Shown here piece after piece: positions 27,401 through 39,810 of a stretch of 64,000 nt of DNA. The notes under the pieces were generated by a model, which searched no databases, was not told where the DNA came from, and was given only the letters and a program-made list of their open reading frames with translations. The stretch's first letter is position 1; each line of letters starts with the position of its first letter. The stretch is from Camelus ferus (Eukaryota), in NCBI RefSeq assembly GCF_009834535.1, contig NC_045697.1, positions 110,982,001-111,046,000 on the forward strand. The letters run 5' to 3'. The translations under genes and the position numbers were made by a program.

Positions 27401-27960
27401 AAGTTGTGGTATATTTATACAATGGAAGACATGGAAACAACCTAAATGTCCATCAACTGATAACTAGATAAAGAAGTTGTGGTATATTTATACAATGGAC
27501 TACTACTCAGCCATAAAAAAGAATAAGATAATGCCATTTGCAACAACATGGGTGGACCTGGAGAACATCAGTCTAAGTGAAGTCAGCCAGAAAGAGAGAA
27601 AAATACCATATGAGATCGCTCTTATGTGGACCCTAAAAAAAATAAAAAGGAAAAAGAAAGATGAACTTATTTATGAAACAGAAACACACTTGCAGACATA
27701 GAAAACAAATTATGGTTACCAGGGGGGAAAGGGGTGGGAAGGGATAAACTGGGGGTTTGAGATTTGCGGATACTACCTAATATATACAAAATAGATTAAC
27801 AAGTTTATACTGTACAGCACAGGGAACCATATTCAATATCTTGTAGTAACCTATGGTAAAAAAGAATATGAAAATGGATGTATGTGTGTTCCTATATGAC
27901 TGAAATACTGTGCTGTATGCCAGAAATTGACACATTGTAAGCTGATTATACATATATATA
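24453..27960 (+). mobile_element. L1 with 5' terminus fused to mid-ORF2, then RT, C-terminus and 3' UTR
   Basis: GGGGGGCAGAGCCAAGATGGC 5' end. ORF2 from ~24640, YADD at 25846-25857, [14 protein letters not shown]-terminal MPFATTW. Its 3' UTR differs from that of the neighbouring L1. Confidence 0.93.
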
Positions 27961-28871
27961 CAAGTAAGAATGCAGATCTTCACCCTAAGTGAGTCCCTCT
28001 GTCCTGCCTCAGGGTTCCAAGAGCTTGAGGCTCCTCAAAGGGAAGAAAATCATCCCACCAGATGCCAAGATTCCTTCCAGCTCCATATGGCCAATTCCTC
28101 TGACTACAGATGAAAGCAGTTAAATCACTCAGAGATTCTCTGCCTTTCACCAAACATGAAACATGGCCAGTTTCTCAAAGCTTGAAAGCTTCACTGGTAA
28201 ATTATAATTGGTTTAATTGTTTGCTTATTGTGCTTAAGGCAATACTGTATTTGCGTCTCAGATACTCGTCTTTTTTAAATGATTTTGAATGGCAATGAAT
28301 ACTTTTCCACACTAGGGCCAAGCTCTAGTCATAAACTGAAATGCACCTCTGTACATTCGGGCAAGTTCCCAAATACAATAGTAATCTGGGTAGGTATTTA
28401 CAGAGACAAGTGGAGTTTTCTATACACAAAGGATTAAACGCCTGCTGAGATCAGTCAGTCTCCATCCCTCAGTCTCAGTCTCCATCTCTCAATCATTTTT
28501 CCCTTGAACAGAATGCACCTCTTTTGAATAAACAAATAACTTCCAGGAATATCTGCTCCACCCTCCTGTGTAACTGCAAGCAAGTCTGCCAGATTCTCTG
28601 GGACTCAGTTTTCTAGTTGGTAATACTGATTTGAAGGGGGGTGGACTAAATACTCCTCAGCACCAATAACCTAAACCATGTGATGAGTTAACACAAAATT
28701 TACCTCAAAAGAGCCACCTTCCTGCAGGTAATTAAGTGCCTGGCCCAAAAAAAAAGAAAAAAAAAAAGGTAGCCTCTAGTTCATCACATCACTCCATCAT
28801 CTTAAACACTCAGTTCTAACCACATGCTGTAACTCCAGCTGTACAAAGAGAGAGTTCTCAATAGTCCTGAA

Positions 28872-29459
28872 TGTTGCAGAAAAATGTGTTACAGCCCCGT
28901 GTTAACAGCTCGGTGTTACAGCTCAGTTGTGACAGCAACCTGGATCCAGGCAAGAGACCAAGCAACACTTGGAGAGTTGGAGAACTCAAGTTTATTATGC
29001 CAGTGGGCCCGGAGATGTTAACACTCCAAGCTCTGGACCCTGTCTGTAGGTTTACACAGGCCTTTATAGGCTGCCAGTTTTACACTTGGCAACATCATAT
29101 GCAAATAAAGTATAACAGAAGTTGACCAACCAGAAACAAGCTTTGTAGAAATAGACCAATCAGGAGAGCAAAATAACCAATCAGGAGTGAGCTCCATGTG
29201 ACGAAGTACTACAAATGGACCAATCAGAAGTTAGGGAAGTGGACCAATCAGAAATGAGAGTAACAACCAATCAGGAGTGAAGGAAATAACCAATCAGAAG
29301 TGAGCTCAGGGAACCAATATAATTTTAGGGGTAAGTAAGCCGTTTCAGAGGCAGAAAGTGAGATAGAGCCTCTGGGCCAGGGAACCGGATGGTGCCGGCA
29401 GGAGAGCAGTGGCCCTGCTTGGGGGTCCTGCTGGTCTTTTTATGGGGCTTCGCACCTCA
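28872..29459 (-). mobile_element. Solo ERV1-class LTR with 4-bp TSD
   Basis: TG...CA termini flanked by TGAA (28868-28871 and 29460-29463). On the minus strand: CCAAT array, then octamer, TATAAA (29068-29063), AATAAA (28996-28991) and U5 repeats. Confidence 0.92.
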
Positions 29460-32400
29460 TGAATAGCCAGTCCTCATTTCTCTGACATGTTTTCTTATTT
29501 CCTTCTTTTCCCTCAGACCGTCTTCCTTAAAAGGCAGTTCCCATTTGGGCTGTTGCTATTTAAGATGTTTCCTAGACCCCACTTGCTTAGAGTTCATGTG
29601 TGCGAAAGGGGGAGCTGGTCTAGGAGGAGGTGCTCTTCCCTCTTCTGCGCTCCCGGGTATTATGTTCTACCCAAGCTGTTAGTCATCAATACTGACTATG
29701 ATACAAGTGCTATAAAAACATACACTCTAAGGTAAATTTGGGTAACCAGAATCAGTAGAATGGGTAATAAGTTCTGATAGGAATAGTTTAAATCACAAGC
29801 ACATTTGTTGCTCAGGACTATGGAGAGGCAATTTTCCAAAGGTCTCCTGTGAGCACATCTTTTGATATTACTGATGTTCTCCTCCGTTCTAGACTGTCTT
29901 TTCAAGAAATGTTTATAGGGAGCAGGCTAGGCAGATAGGGCAGAGGGCAAATCAGTCCGCTGAGCAGTGTAACATCTCTTTCCAGGGCAGAGTTTGGACT
30001 GGCCTGGCTGCAGCCCATTTGAGGTCCGTAAGCTCGGGGTCCTCGCTTGTGACATGGTTTCTCCACCTTAGCGCAGCGCCGTCCACCCAGCCCCTCCGGG
30101 GGACCTGGGGTGGGAGAAGAACTCCCTCCCACAAACGTGAGGTTCATACTGTTTGCTGTACTAGGTGTTGTCTGTCTCTGAAGCAAAAGCCCCTGCCAGC
30201 ATCTGTGAAACGGCAGCAGGGTAACCCTTCAGCCTGCAAGTTGCCTTCCGGAATCTCAGGCCGTCGGCGTTGTGCACGCTGACACCGCGGACCGTCCCTC
30301 TGTTTCAACCGAGGGGGTCACCGAGTCTCTTCTCAGTAACACAGAACTGGCCTGAACGTCAAACCTGCAATAACTCTCCTAGCCAGAGTACTCTACGAGT
30401 TTTACTAGCAGTACAAGTCGCATTTTTATAGAATCAAAAAATTATTCAGGTTTATTTAGAAAAGAAAATCTGGGGGAAAACATGCATCAGTTCAAGACTT
30501 CTCCAAATTTGCATAAATGCATTTTTACTGGATCCTGTTGTTCTCTGGGGTAGCCATGGAAAAACAAACCTAGGAACATTTTACACATGGTCAAAATGAA
30601 AGCCAGGCACAAAACACGATCAAATGAAGGTAGTGAATATAAAAAAATAAACATTCCTGAGAAGAGTTTAAACATCTTTTCTTGTTGGTGCTATAAACAA
30701 CTAAAAAAGGTGAAGGAGGAAAGGATTATGGGGAATTTGCTGCACTGACTTATAGCTATGGAACTTCCCCAGTGTACGCTGTAAATAATTATAAACTGAA
30801 ATATAAATGTTAGTACCTCCGTTTAAATGGCTACTCTGAGACAGCTGTTATTTTGCACAACTGCAAATTAAGGGTAAGATGCAGGAGGGAAGGCTCTGTT
30901 TTGGAACATAGTTGTAACCTATTTTCAACCAGACTTCCATACCCAGGCAGAACCAGCTTTGCCCTGAATTTCTCAGGTAAAGAAATTACATATCATTTTA
31001 TTTGCTTTAAGCAGCCCTTTGTAATTAAGCCATAGTTCTGCACGTGCTGTCTGAGAGAGAAAAGTAACATGAGATGCCAAACAAGAACATTTGGCTCTGA
31101 GAAGGCTTTTTTCATTCAACAAAAATAGGCAATAGTCAGCAACAGGAGAACATAAGTTGTGTTTGTCTCTAGTACCTAGTAAGATTGTTTGCATTTAGTA
31201 TACATTTATTAAATATTCACTAAGGAAATTAACATAAATAAATCAGTGATCTGGACTTGTTACTCAAATAAGAAAAATATCCACTGGAAAACTGGCTGAA
31301 ATCTCTTATTTCAAAACTATTTGCAATAAACATGTAATTACCTCACATTTCATATGTTATGATGATGATTTTTTTAAAAAAAATTGCTTGTCAAATCCAA
31401 TGCATGAACTGTTTTATATTTCATTGAAAAGGTAAAAGAGAAAAAAGAATTTAATCCAAAATGTGGGGGGGTTTTGGTTTGTTTTATGGTAAAATAAGCA
31501 CCTGTATAGGTAATATGATTCTAAAAATAATTTACTATAATGTGCTGATACAACTTTTTCACAGATTACAATGCTTTCTTATTATAATTCTTAATTATAA
31601 AGTTTCTAATCAAGGTGCCATGACAAAAACGATAGCGAATTCTTTAACTTCCCACAGCTAGGAAAGAACCCAGACCACTGAAACAGGAGAAACCTGGCGA
31701 GGGCACCGGCTTCAGGTAAAGATATCATGTGGGCAGGAATTCCCAGGCTGAGTATGCACGAAAGCATCCCTTTTCAATATAGTTTTCCAGCTCCCAACTC
31801 AAGTGATTTTGCACTTCTGATACGTACTTCAGAATCCGTAATTTAAACACTTCTTTGGGTGATTCTGGTGCTGACAGACAGGTTCAAGAGCTGTTCACAG
31901 GGGTCACTCCTCTGAAACTGAGCAGGAGACCAGAACGAGTCGACAAATCAAATTAAGTTTTGGGAAGAGGATCTAGAAGCAGCAGACAAGCGGGTCAGAC
32001 CTGGGAGGGCTCTAGGTCTGACAATTAAGAGAGAAATGAAGTCAGAGACTCAAGCTGGAGGTCTGAGTAAGGTGGTGTGTTAGGATGGGCAAGACGCTCA
32101 GCGGGATGTGTGGGCCCCTCGGCTGTCGAAGGGGACAGCAGCGGTGCCAGGATAAAGGCCACTGTCTCACATCCTGGGTTCAGAGACAATATTATCTTTA
32201 AGAAACTATTTGACTTTAATTTTTCTGTAGAAAAAAAGAAATACTGTCACATCAAACAGACTCATACCTTTTAAGGCATTTGTGTTTCAGAAACATCAAA
32301 ATTTGAGCGATGCACTTTGTGACTGAAGAATGAGGGTCGTTACAAAATGTGAGGCCCAGGAAGGAGATGTGAGCAGTTAACCGAGTTAACTTGAAAACTT

Positions 32401-33899
32401 ACGGAAAACTTAACTTGAAAGAAAAGGCATTCAGAAATGAGGCACTTGACAAAAATCAAGCTAAGTGGTCTTCCTAGTCTGTAAACTAAAATAAAGCATT
32501 ACTTCCACATATCAAGGGAGGTGTACACCCATCTCCCTGCACCCCCTCCTCACCTCCCCAAAAAAATTGAGAGCAGATGTGTTTCATGGGTAAGAGTTCA
32601 GAGGTAGGACTCAGGCTTGGGGTTCGCTGCTTAGCAGCTGTGTGAGCCTGGGCGTGTCAGCTAATCCTGATACGCCCCATATGTGAAATTAGAGGACTGG
32701 CGATAATGCCAGCAACTCTTTCAAGTTGTCATTACGGTTATGTGCAATAATGTATTATTTTACCAAATTACTTAGTACTCATCCACAGTACAGGTTCAGC
32801 ATTTCAGTGAACCAGGGCATTCTGCTTCCCTGATTTTCATGAATATTTTAGTTCAAAGATTCCGTTTTGTATAGTAGTGAGGAAAGGGCCCTGTATCTTA
32901 ACATTTGTAGCTCTCTGCAGGATCCCAGGATGTTAGAGCTGAAATTGGTTTAAGAGACTAGACAAACTCCCTAATTTTACAGGAGAAACTTAGAGATCAA
33001 GTGGGTATAAACTACAACTTTCTACTGATGTCTAGAAATTGCTTAACTGAATTTTGTCTTAGTTTTTTTCTAATTTTATTTTATTTTTTTGATGAAATTT
33101 AAGGAAGCAATACACGTTCATAGTAAACAAATCAAACAACACTGAAGATGAAAGTAAATCTCCCTTTGCGTCCCTCCAAGCCCAGTCTTCCCCCCAGAAG
33201 TAACTCCTTGGTACGTGTGTCCTTCCAGACCATTCATTAATGTGACTACAAATCCTTTCTTACATGAAAGTCAGGATCTCAGCAACACACAGAATCCTGA
33301 GAAATTGGTTTCAAGGCTTTCAGAAAGTTAAACAGCCAGAACTGGTCTCCAAATTTCCTGACTCTCAGTCTAGAGCATTTTTCGGCACACCGTGATTCCT
33401 TGTGTCCTTAACAGATCATGTCACCGTGTTGTAAACGTTTTTCTGTTATTTTCCCTAACATCAGTCACTTTTCTCTACTTTGCTCTGGTCTCTCATTGGT
33501 TCCTGCTTATAAAACACATCACTCTAGAAAATTAGCAAAATCTTTGGCGGCAGGGCTATAGTAGATATTGAAATATGACTTGACTTTAATAATCCCTCCA
33601 AAAGTGGTATTAGTAACTGCAAAAACCACAAGCAACTCCTCTTCTGTGATCTGTTTTCTCACGTTAAAAACAAAGAATAGGGAGTCATTATCCCTATTAC
33701 TTACTTCTTACTCTGTTACTGTGACAACTAAGTAAGCATTGCTTCATCCAATAAATGAAAAAAAGCGTTTAATCAATGCAGTGTTTAAGGATAGACTTTT
33801 CTTGAAGTATTCATTGCCTAATATGGCATTAGGCCCATAGCATGGTCTAGGAAAAAAATCTCTCCAAGTTGCTTTTAAGCTATGTTTCAGTGTGCCCTT

Positions 33900-34620
33900 A
33901 CAGCTCTTCCCACACCCAGTGGCCTCGTCTCTGCTTATTCTAAAGCCACTGCATTAGTCTCAAGCTGCTCCTGGCTCCTCCTTATCTCCAAGAATTCAGA
34001 ATGCTGGAGCACCCAGAACTAAGTTCTCAGACCTCGTCCCTTCTTTATCCACAATCATTCCACTAGTGAGTTCACCCAGTCTCACCGCTATAACACCATC
34101 TACATTCTGATGGTGTCCAAATTCCTATCTCCAGCCTAGACTTCCCACCGAACTCCACACTCACGTGTGGAACTGCCTATTCCATACCACCACTTGGATG
34201 TCGAATTGGCATCTCTACTCTATATGTCTGCATATCTAAAACTCAACTGTGACCTGCTCATCTCTCAGTGTTCCCCATCACTTTTTCCTTCCAGCTGCTC
34301 AAGTTTTAAACTTTGGAGTCACTTTTGACTCTCCCTTCCTTTCAAACCCCCACATTCTGTTCATCAGCATATCCAGATGGCTCTATCTTCAACACATACC
34401 CACTATCTAAACACTTCCCTCCAACCTCATTACTGACACCCTGGTCTGTGCCACAGTCATGCATGGCCTGTGCTATTGGAATGGTCCACTCATCTTCCGT
34501 TTCCCCACTCCCTCCTCAAATCTCTTCTCAGTCATCTAAGGAGCTTCAGAATCTAGACCCTCTCTGCCTCCCAGCCTAATTTCCAACCTCCTTTACCTGA
34601 ATTCCAGGCATAGTGGTCCT
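33900..34620 (+). mobile_element. L2 ORF2/RT remnant
   Basis: CACCATCTACATTCTGATGGTGTCCAAATTCCTATCTCCAGCCTAGAC corresponds to the L2 'HLYADDSQIYISSPD' region. Confidence 0.75.
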
Positions 34621-36133
34621 ACTTTTGTGCTTTTCACTCTTCTCTAGTTTAAGGGGTGGTAAAATACAAAACTTAGAGGATTCAGGGTTAGAAGAACTGG
34701 GTGTGAGCAGCACCTCCACCACGAACCAGCTGTGTACACACAAACCACTGAACCTCTCTAAGTTTGAAATCACTTTAAAAATCAAAACAGCAATACTACT
34801 TGTTCTATTAGGTTGCTGTGAAATCAGATTAGATATATAAAAGGGTTTTAAAAAATTAAGTGCTATAGAAATATTAGTATTTTTATAATCTAATCCTTCC
34901 TTTCTACTTAAAACCCAGTTCCACCTCTTTGTAAAGCACTTCAAAAGTGAACTAGTAAATTAGTATCTCTTCCTTTTCAAGTCCTATAGCATGGTTTGTT
35001 GCAAAGATTTATTGTATTTCATATCAACTTACATGATTGTCCTGAACAAGTATTCAATATTTTAATGCTATTTAACTTACCACAAGTTTATAGTGTCTTA
35101 TATGAAACTGACCTTATCTCTGCAATTTTTATTGCAATCATCTGTCTATTTTTCTATTATTCCCCACCAGAATATAATCTCTTGCAGGACATGACATTCT
35201 CAACAAAACACTCTGTAATTCCTCACATATTCCGCAGGTACCCAGTAAAAGGAAATGCACATGTGTTTGTGGCTGATGTAGCTGTTTGGATGTGATAAAC
35301 AGGGATCACTTTACCACCTCATGATGAACAAAATTCATGCTTTCTGTGTTGAAAGAAATATCTATCATAACCTTAAAAGAGAAAGGACATTGTGACTTGA
35401 GTCAAAAAAATGGCATGATGGTCTTTTAATGAAAAACGTAACTCTTAACTCTGATCACAAGCATAATCTCCATAAGGAGAAACAGTTACCACATTGTAAG
35501 TTTATAATTTTTAAACTTTTTTGAGACCATTGTGTTAAAAAGCCAAACTCAAATAGTTTCAAGAAAAATAAACAAGCTGTCCGAATCTCTTGAGCCTGTT
35601 TCATTTCACATGTTTTAGTTGCAAACAATTACTGAAATAAATGCTTACTAGTTTCTGTATTACACTGATGCAGAAAATATAAAACAGGTTTTAAACTCAA
35701 ACTTACGAAACCAAATTTTGGAAACAATTTTGGTTTCTTGATGAACAGCTCCACTGATATGACACTGAACCAAAAAAAAAAAAAAAAAAAAGACAAAATA
35801 GAGCAAAATGAAGAAGTTGACAAAAGGAGCTTATCGTCCCGTAAAATTGCTATACTGAGATAGAGGCCTAATTCAAAGAATAACTTACTAAAGGTGAATA
35901 AAACTAATTTTTTTTTTAAATTGGCTCGTCACACGATCATTCTTTCCTGGATAAGCCTGAAGAAACTGCAATAATTAATCCTAAACTACATATCTCTTAT
36001 CTTCTTTTGTATAATTTAAATAATTGCCTGCCTTTCACCTAACTTGGCTGGCTGTCCACCATCAATTCACCATGTAATCTACATGCTAGATTTTTTTTTT
36101 AATTCTGTATTTCCTTTATTTCTTCAATTGGAG

Positions 36134-36390
36134 CAGCAGTATTGAGACAGCTGTTAAAAGCCTAGACTTTGGAATGAAGCCACTTTTGTTCAAATCCTGG
36201 CTCTACTCCTTCTTAGCTCTGTGACTAAGGACACACTACTTAACCTCTCTGTGCCTCAGTTTCCCCAGTTAAATAAGTACTGTAACGGTACCTGCCTCAT
36301 GTGGTTTTTAAGTTCATTAGAACTAGTATTTTTGCTTAATGTATTAAAATAACCTGGCGCAAAGTAAGTGCTGTGTTTGGTGTTACTGAT
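36134..36390 (+). mobile_element. MIR SINE, near full length
   Basis: GTTCAAATCCTGGCTCTAC...CTTAGCTCTGTGAC...CTTAACCTCTCTGTGCCTCAGTTTCCCC core. Confidence 0.85.
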
Positions 36391-36402
36391 TTTAATTAAC
36401 TA

Positions 36403-36616
36403 TAGGGGTCAGCAAACATTTTCTTAAAGAAAGTAAATAATTTAGCTTGAGAGAAGGCTTGCAACTCAAGTGGCTCCAACTACTTAACTCTGCTATTGTA
36501 GCGTGAAAGCCATCACAGACAGCACGTAAAAGAACAGGCACGGCTTGTGTTCCAATAAAACATTTTAAAATAAAACTTTTATTTACAAAAACAAATCAGC
36601 AGTTTTCTGATTCCTG
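36403..36616 (+). mobile_element. MER58A-like DNA transposon
   Basis: AGGGGTCAGCAAAC...CAACTACTTAACTCTGCTATTGTAGCGTGAAAGC...GTGTTCCAATAAAAC...CCTG, with AACTATA on both sides as a likely TSD remnant. Confidence 0.85.
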
Positions 36617-37310
36617 AACTATAATTTTTAGAAAACTGCTGCTATGCTAGAAATGAGCTGTGGTATTAATACTCTAGAAAAAAAACAAACCAAGCAGAGT
36701 CATTCCCCTGGAATATAATGCGGGTACCTGCCTCGGTGGATATCTGTGGGGTCTCTCATTGGTGAGTGGTTGAGGTATGAGTCATAAAAGTAACTGAAGC
36801 TGGTTTTAGAAAACAGATTAGAAATCATAACATTGGTTTTAACACATTTGGATACTCTCTTCATTTCAGCCCCCAGTCCTACCACTTCTAATATTTATCA
36901 CTCATAACTATTCCGTGACTTCTTCAAAGTTGTGTTTGATGCTAATTTTAACCAACTCTCACCTCTAGAAAAGTAGGTGTGTGTGTGTGTTTAATCCGGG
37001 GGGGGGGGTGGTGGTGGTGCAAGCAGAGTGTGCCAGCGAACAGAAGGATAGTGGGGAGAAGGTGACAAGGTAGGTATGGCCCAGAAGATAAGAACTAAAT
37101 GGAGTATGGAAAGTCACAATAAATAGGAGAATTTAGTACACCAAGTCCTCTGAATCAGACATGTAATACAGGGCAGAAGGAACGCCTTAAACAGTAAAAG
37201 AGATTTAAACAATAAAAAAAAGTCTTTGTTTATCAATGTAGTTACTGTTTCTCATGGTAGGTTCTTTTGGGTGGATTCAGATCTGTTGTCATTTGCCATC
37301 TACTTAAAGG

Positions 37311-37590
37311 ATTTCTTTTAATCCAGTTTTATTGACGTACAATTGACATACAGCATTGTATAAGTTTAAGGTGTACAGCATAATGATTTGACTCATACAC
37401 TCATACACATTGTGAAATGTTTATCACAATAGGAACATCTATCATCTCATATTGATACAAAAGTAAAGAAATGGGAAAAGATATATTTTTCCTTGTGATG
37501 AGACTTCTCTTAACTCTATTATTCTCTTAAAAAATTTCATATATAACATACAGCAGTGTTAGTTATACTTATCTTGTACTCATACCACCC
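37311..37590 (-). mobile_element. L1 3' UTR fragment
   Basis: CCAGTTTTATTGACGTACAATTGACATACAGCATTGTATAAGTTTAAGGTGTACAGC; closely similar to 62800-63060. Confidence 0.85.
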
Positions 37591-37779
37591 CAGGTAACTT
37601 TACAAAAACTGATTTTCTGGAAGCTTGAACCCAAGTAGAAGGGAGAAAAGCTAATATCCTCTGGAATTTCATAAGCAAAAATCATCCCCAAAGTAGCTTT
37701 GCATTATAAATTTTTATTACTATTGTAGTCCAATAAACTCAAGCAAAAAATTGAGTTTAAACTTGTCCTGAGCTTTTAG

Positions 37780-38705
37780 TATTCCCAGACACCCACCAGA
37801 AACAAAGAGAAATCTTTACAATTCATTAGAGGAACAAATAACTCCAAACTCCCACAAATTATTCCAGAGTGTTTACAAGGCCAACAGACCTTGACACTAA
37901 AACCCAGTAAGAACAGTAAAAGAAGAAAAGTTTTAGGCTAATTTAACTACTGAACATAAAAAACAAAAATTTCAAACTAAGTATCAATAAACAGGATACA
38001 GGGATGTCAAAAGAATTACAGATTGTGCTCAAACTGGGTTCATCCCAGAAATGCAAAGTGGGTTAATATTAGTAAATCAATTATTCTAATTTACCACATT
38101 AAAAGATGAAATGAGGATAATCATATCATTTCAGGAAAGGCAGAATTCCTTAATCTGATGAAAGGTATGTATTTTTTTAAAAGACACCAAATCGTATAAC
38201 TGATAAATATTTGAAAGTATTCTCTGAAACTAGGAACAGCGTAAGCTAAGCTAGCCCTTAGTCATCACTTCTATGCGACACTGGAAGACTCTTAACACAT
38301 GCAGCAAGATAAATTAAATTAAACTGAAAGGATAGAATTGTAAATGAAGAAACAAAACTACACATTTATTGCAGATGATTTGACTGTCTATGTGAAGAAT
38401 ATACAGATAAATTATTAAAATTAATGAGAGGTTGGAAAAGATTTTGGATAAAAAGTAACTACAGCAAAAATCAAATACGTTTCTACACAACAGCAGAAAA
38501 TGTCTTAAAAGAGAAAGCTTCATGTAAATGGTACATCAAAATGTCATAAAAATAGAAAATACATATGAATACATCTATCAAAACATGCAGAAAAAATTTA
38601 CAGATAAAAATATGAAAAATCTGTTAAACAGTATTAAAGAAGGCCTAAAAAATGCAGATATATACCATGTTCATGGATCAGAAGATTCAATATAATAAAA
38701 ATTAT
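37780..38705 (+). mobile_element. Old degraded L1 ORF2 (RT) fragment
   Basis: GGGTTCATCCCAGAAATGCAA (GFIP.MQ), TTGCAGATGAT (ADD) at ~38370, CCATGTTCATGGATCAGAAGATTCAATAT. Confidence 0.75.
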
Positions 38706-38779
38706 TCTCACGACACATGCTTAATTCTCGCTCACATGTGTTTTTTATCCTGTTTCTTACCTGGCTCATCTGTATCAGT

Positions 38780-39590
38780 TTCTCATGCCACTCAAGTAGG
38801 CAGCCATGGAGACACTGTCTTGGATGCTTCCTTTTCTTCCCTGTCTCTCACCCTCCACCCCAAGGCCATCCAGTTGCTGACTGGTCTCCTAAATAGAGCC
38901 CCTCTTTTCTACAACTGCTGACACAGTGCAGCTGCAAGCACTCATCAACACTTGCCTCCACTCATACTCCAACCAGTTTTCCTGCTCCCACTTGCTCCTT
39001 ACTTCCTACAGCAACCACAGCTGACCATCCTTTACATCCTCACTTATCTTTAAAAAATATGGCTGTTATCAAGCCAATGACCTGCTTTAAAAGTTAGTAA
39101 GTCCCCTTCCTACCTGTAAGGGGATCAAATTCACACCTCTTAGCTAGGCATTAAAGATCCTTTACATTGTACCTAACAGAATCATTTCTTGCCAAAGCAC
39201 AAACATTTACATACCCTCTGCCCTCCCCACATTAGACTTAGCACTTCCTGTGCTTTTATCAAAGTCCATGAGTCATCACAGCTTCAGTTTTTATCTTAAT
39301 TATTTCACTTTAAAGTTTTGCACCACATTTTCTCCAGGAAAAAAAACTGCAAGACTTCAAGATCCACCTCAAATGCCACTTTCCCTTAGAAGCCTTCTCT
39401 ATTCCAAACATAATTAACGAATTACTTCTTCTGTGTTACCACACTATTTTGTTTATGCACTTTCATACTGATAACGGAAACGTGTTGCTTTTTTCCAGGC
39501 AGATATTGAAATCCTTATAGAAAGGGAATACATTTGTGTCCTCAAACACCTTCCTGAAACATAATCAGGTGCAAAATATTGGTTGTATTA
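38780..39590 (+). mobile_element. L2 remnant
   Basis: C/T-rich L2-like blocks such as TTCAAGATCCACCTCAAATGCCACTTTCCCTTAGAAGCCTTCTCT. Confidence 0.55.
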
Positions 39591-39594
39591 ATTT

Positions 39595-39810
39595 GCATCT
39601 GTACAGTACATCAGTTTACCAAAACCTTTTGCATTTAATTCTTACACATTTTATGGACTAAGTATCACTACCCCCATGTTACAAATGAGAGAATTTAAGT
39701 TCAGAAATGTTAAGTAAGTAGACCAAGATAATGTAATTAAATATAGAAGAGCCAAGACTTGCACCTAGGTCTCCTGACACACGATTCAGTGCTCTTTAAA
39801 CTACATTACC
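39595..39810 (-). mobile_element. MIR SINE
   Basis: CCCCCATGTTACAAATGAGAGAATTTAAGTTCAGAAATGTTAAGTAA...CCAAG, the reverse MIR core. Confidence 0.7.

Noticed and set aside
22092..27960. Active or domesticated reverse transcriptase
   Set aside because: ORF2 is broken by many stops and frameshifts in both copies; no intact RT reading frame.
29120..29320. Regularly spaced repeats superficially like a CRISPR array
   Set aside because: Mammalian DNA; these are short CCAAT enhancer repeats within an LTR, and there are no cas genes.
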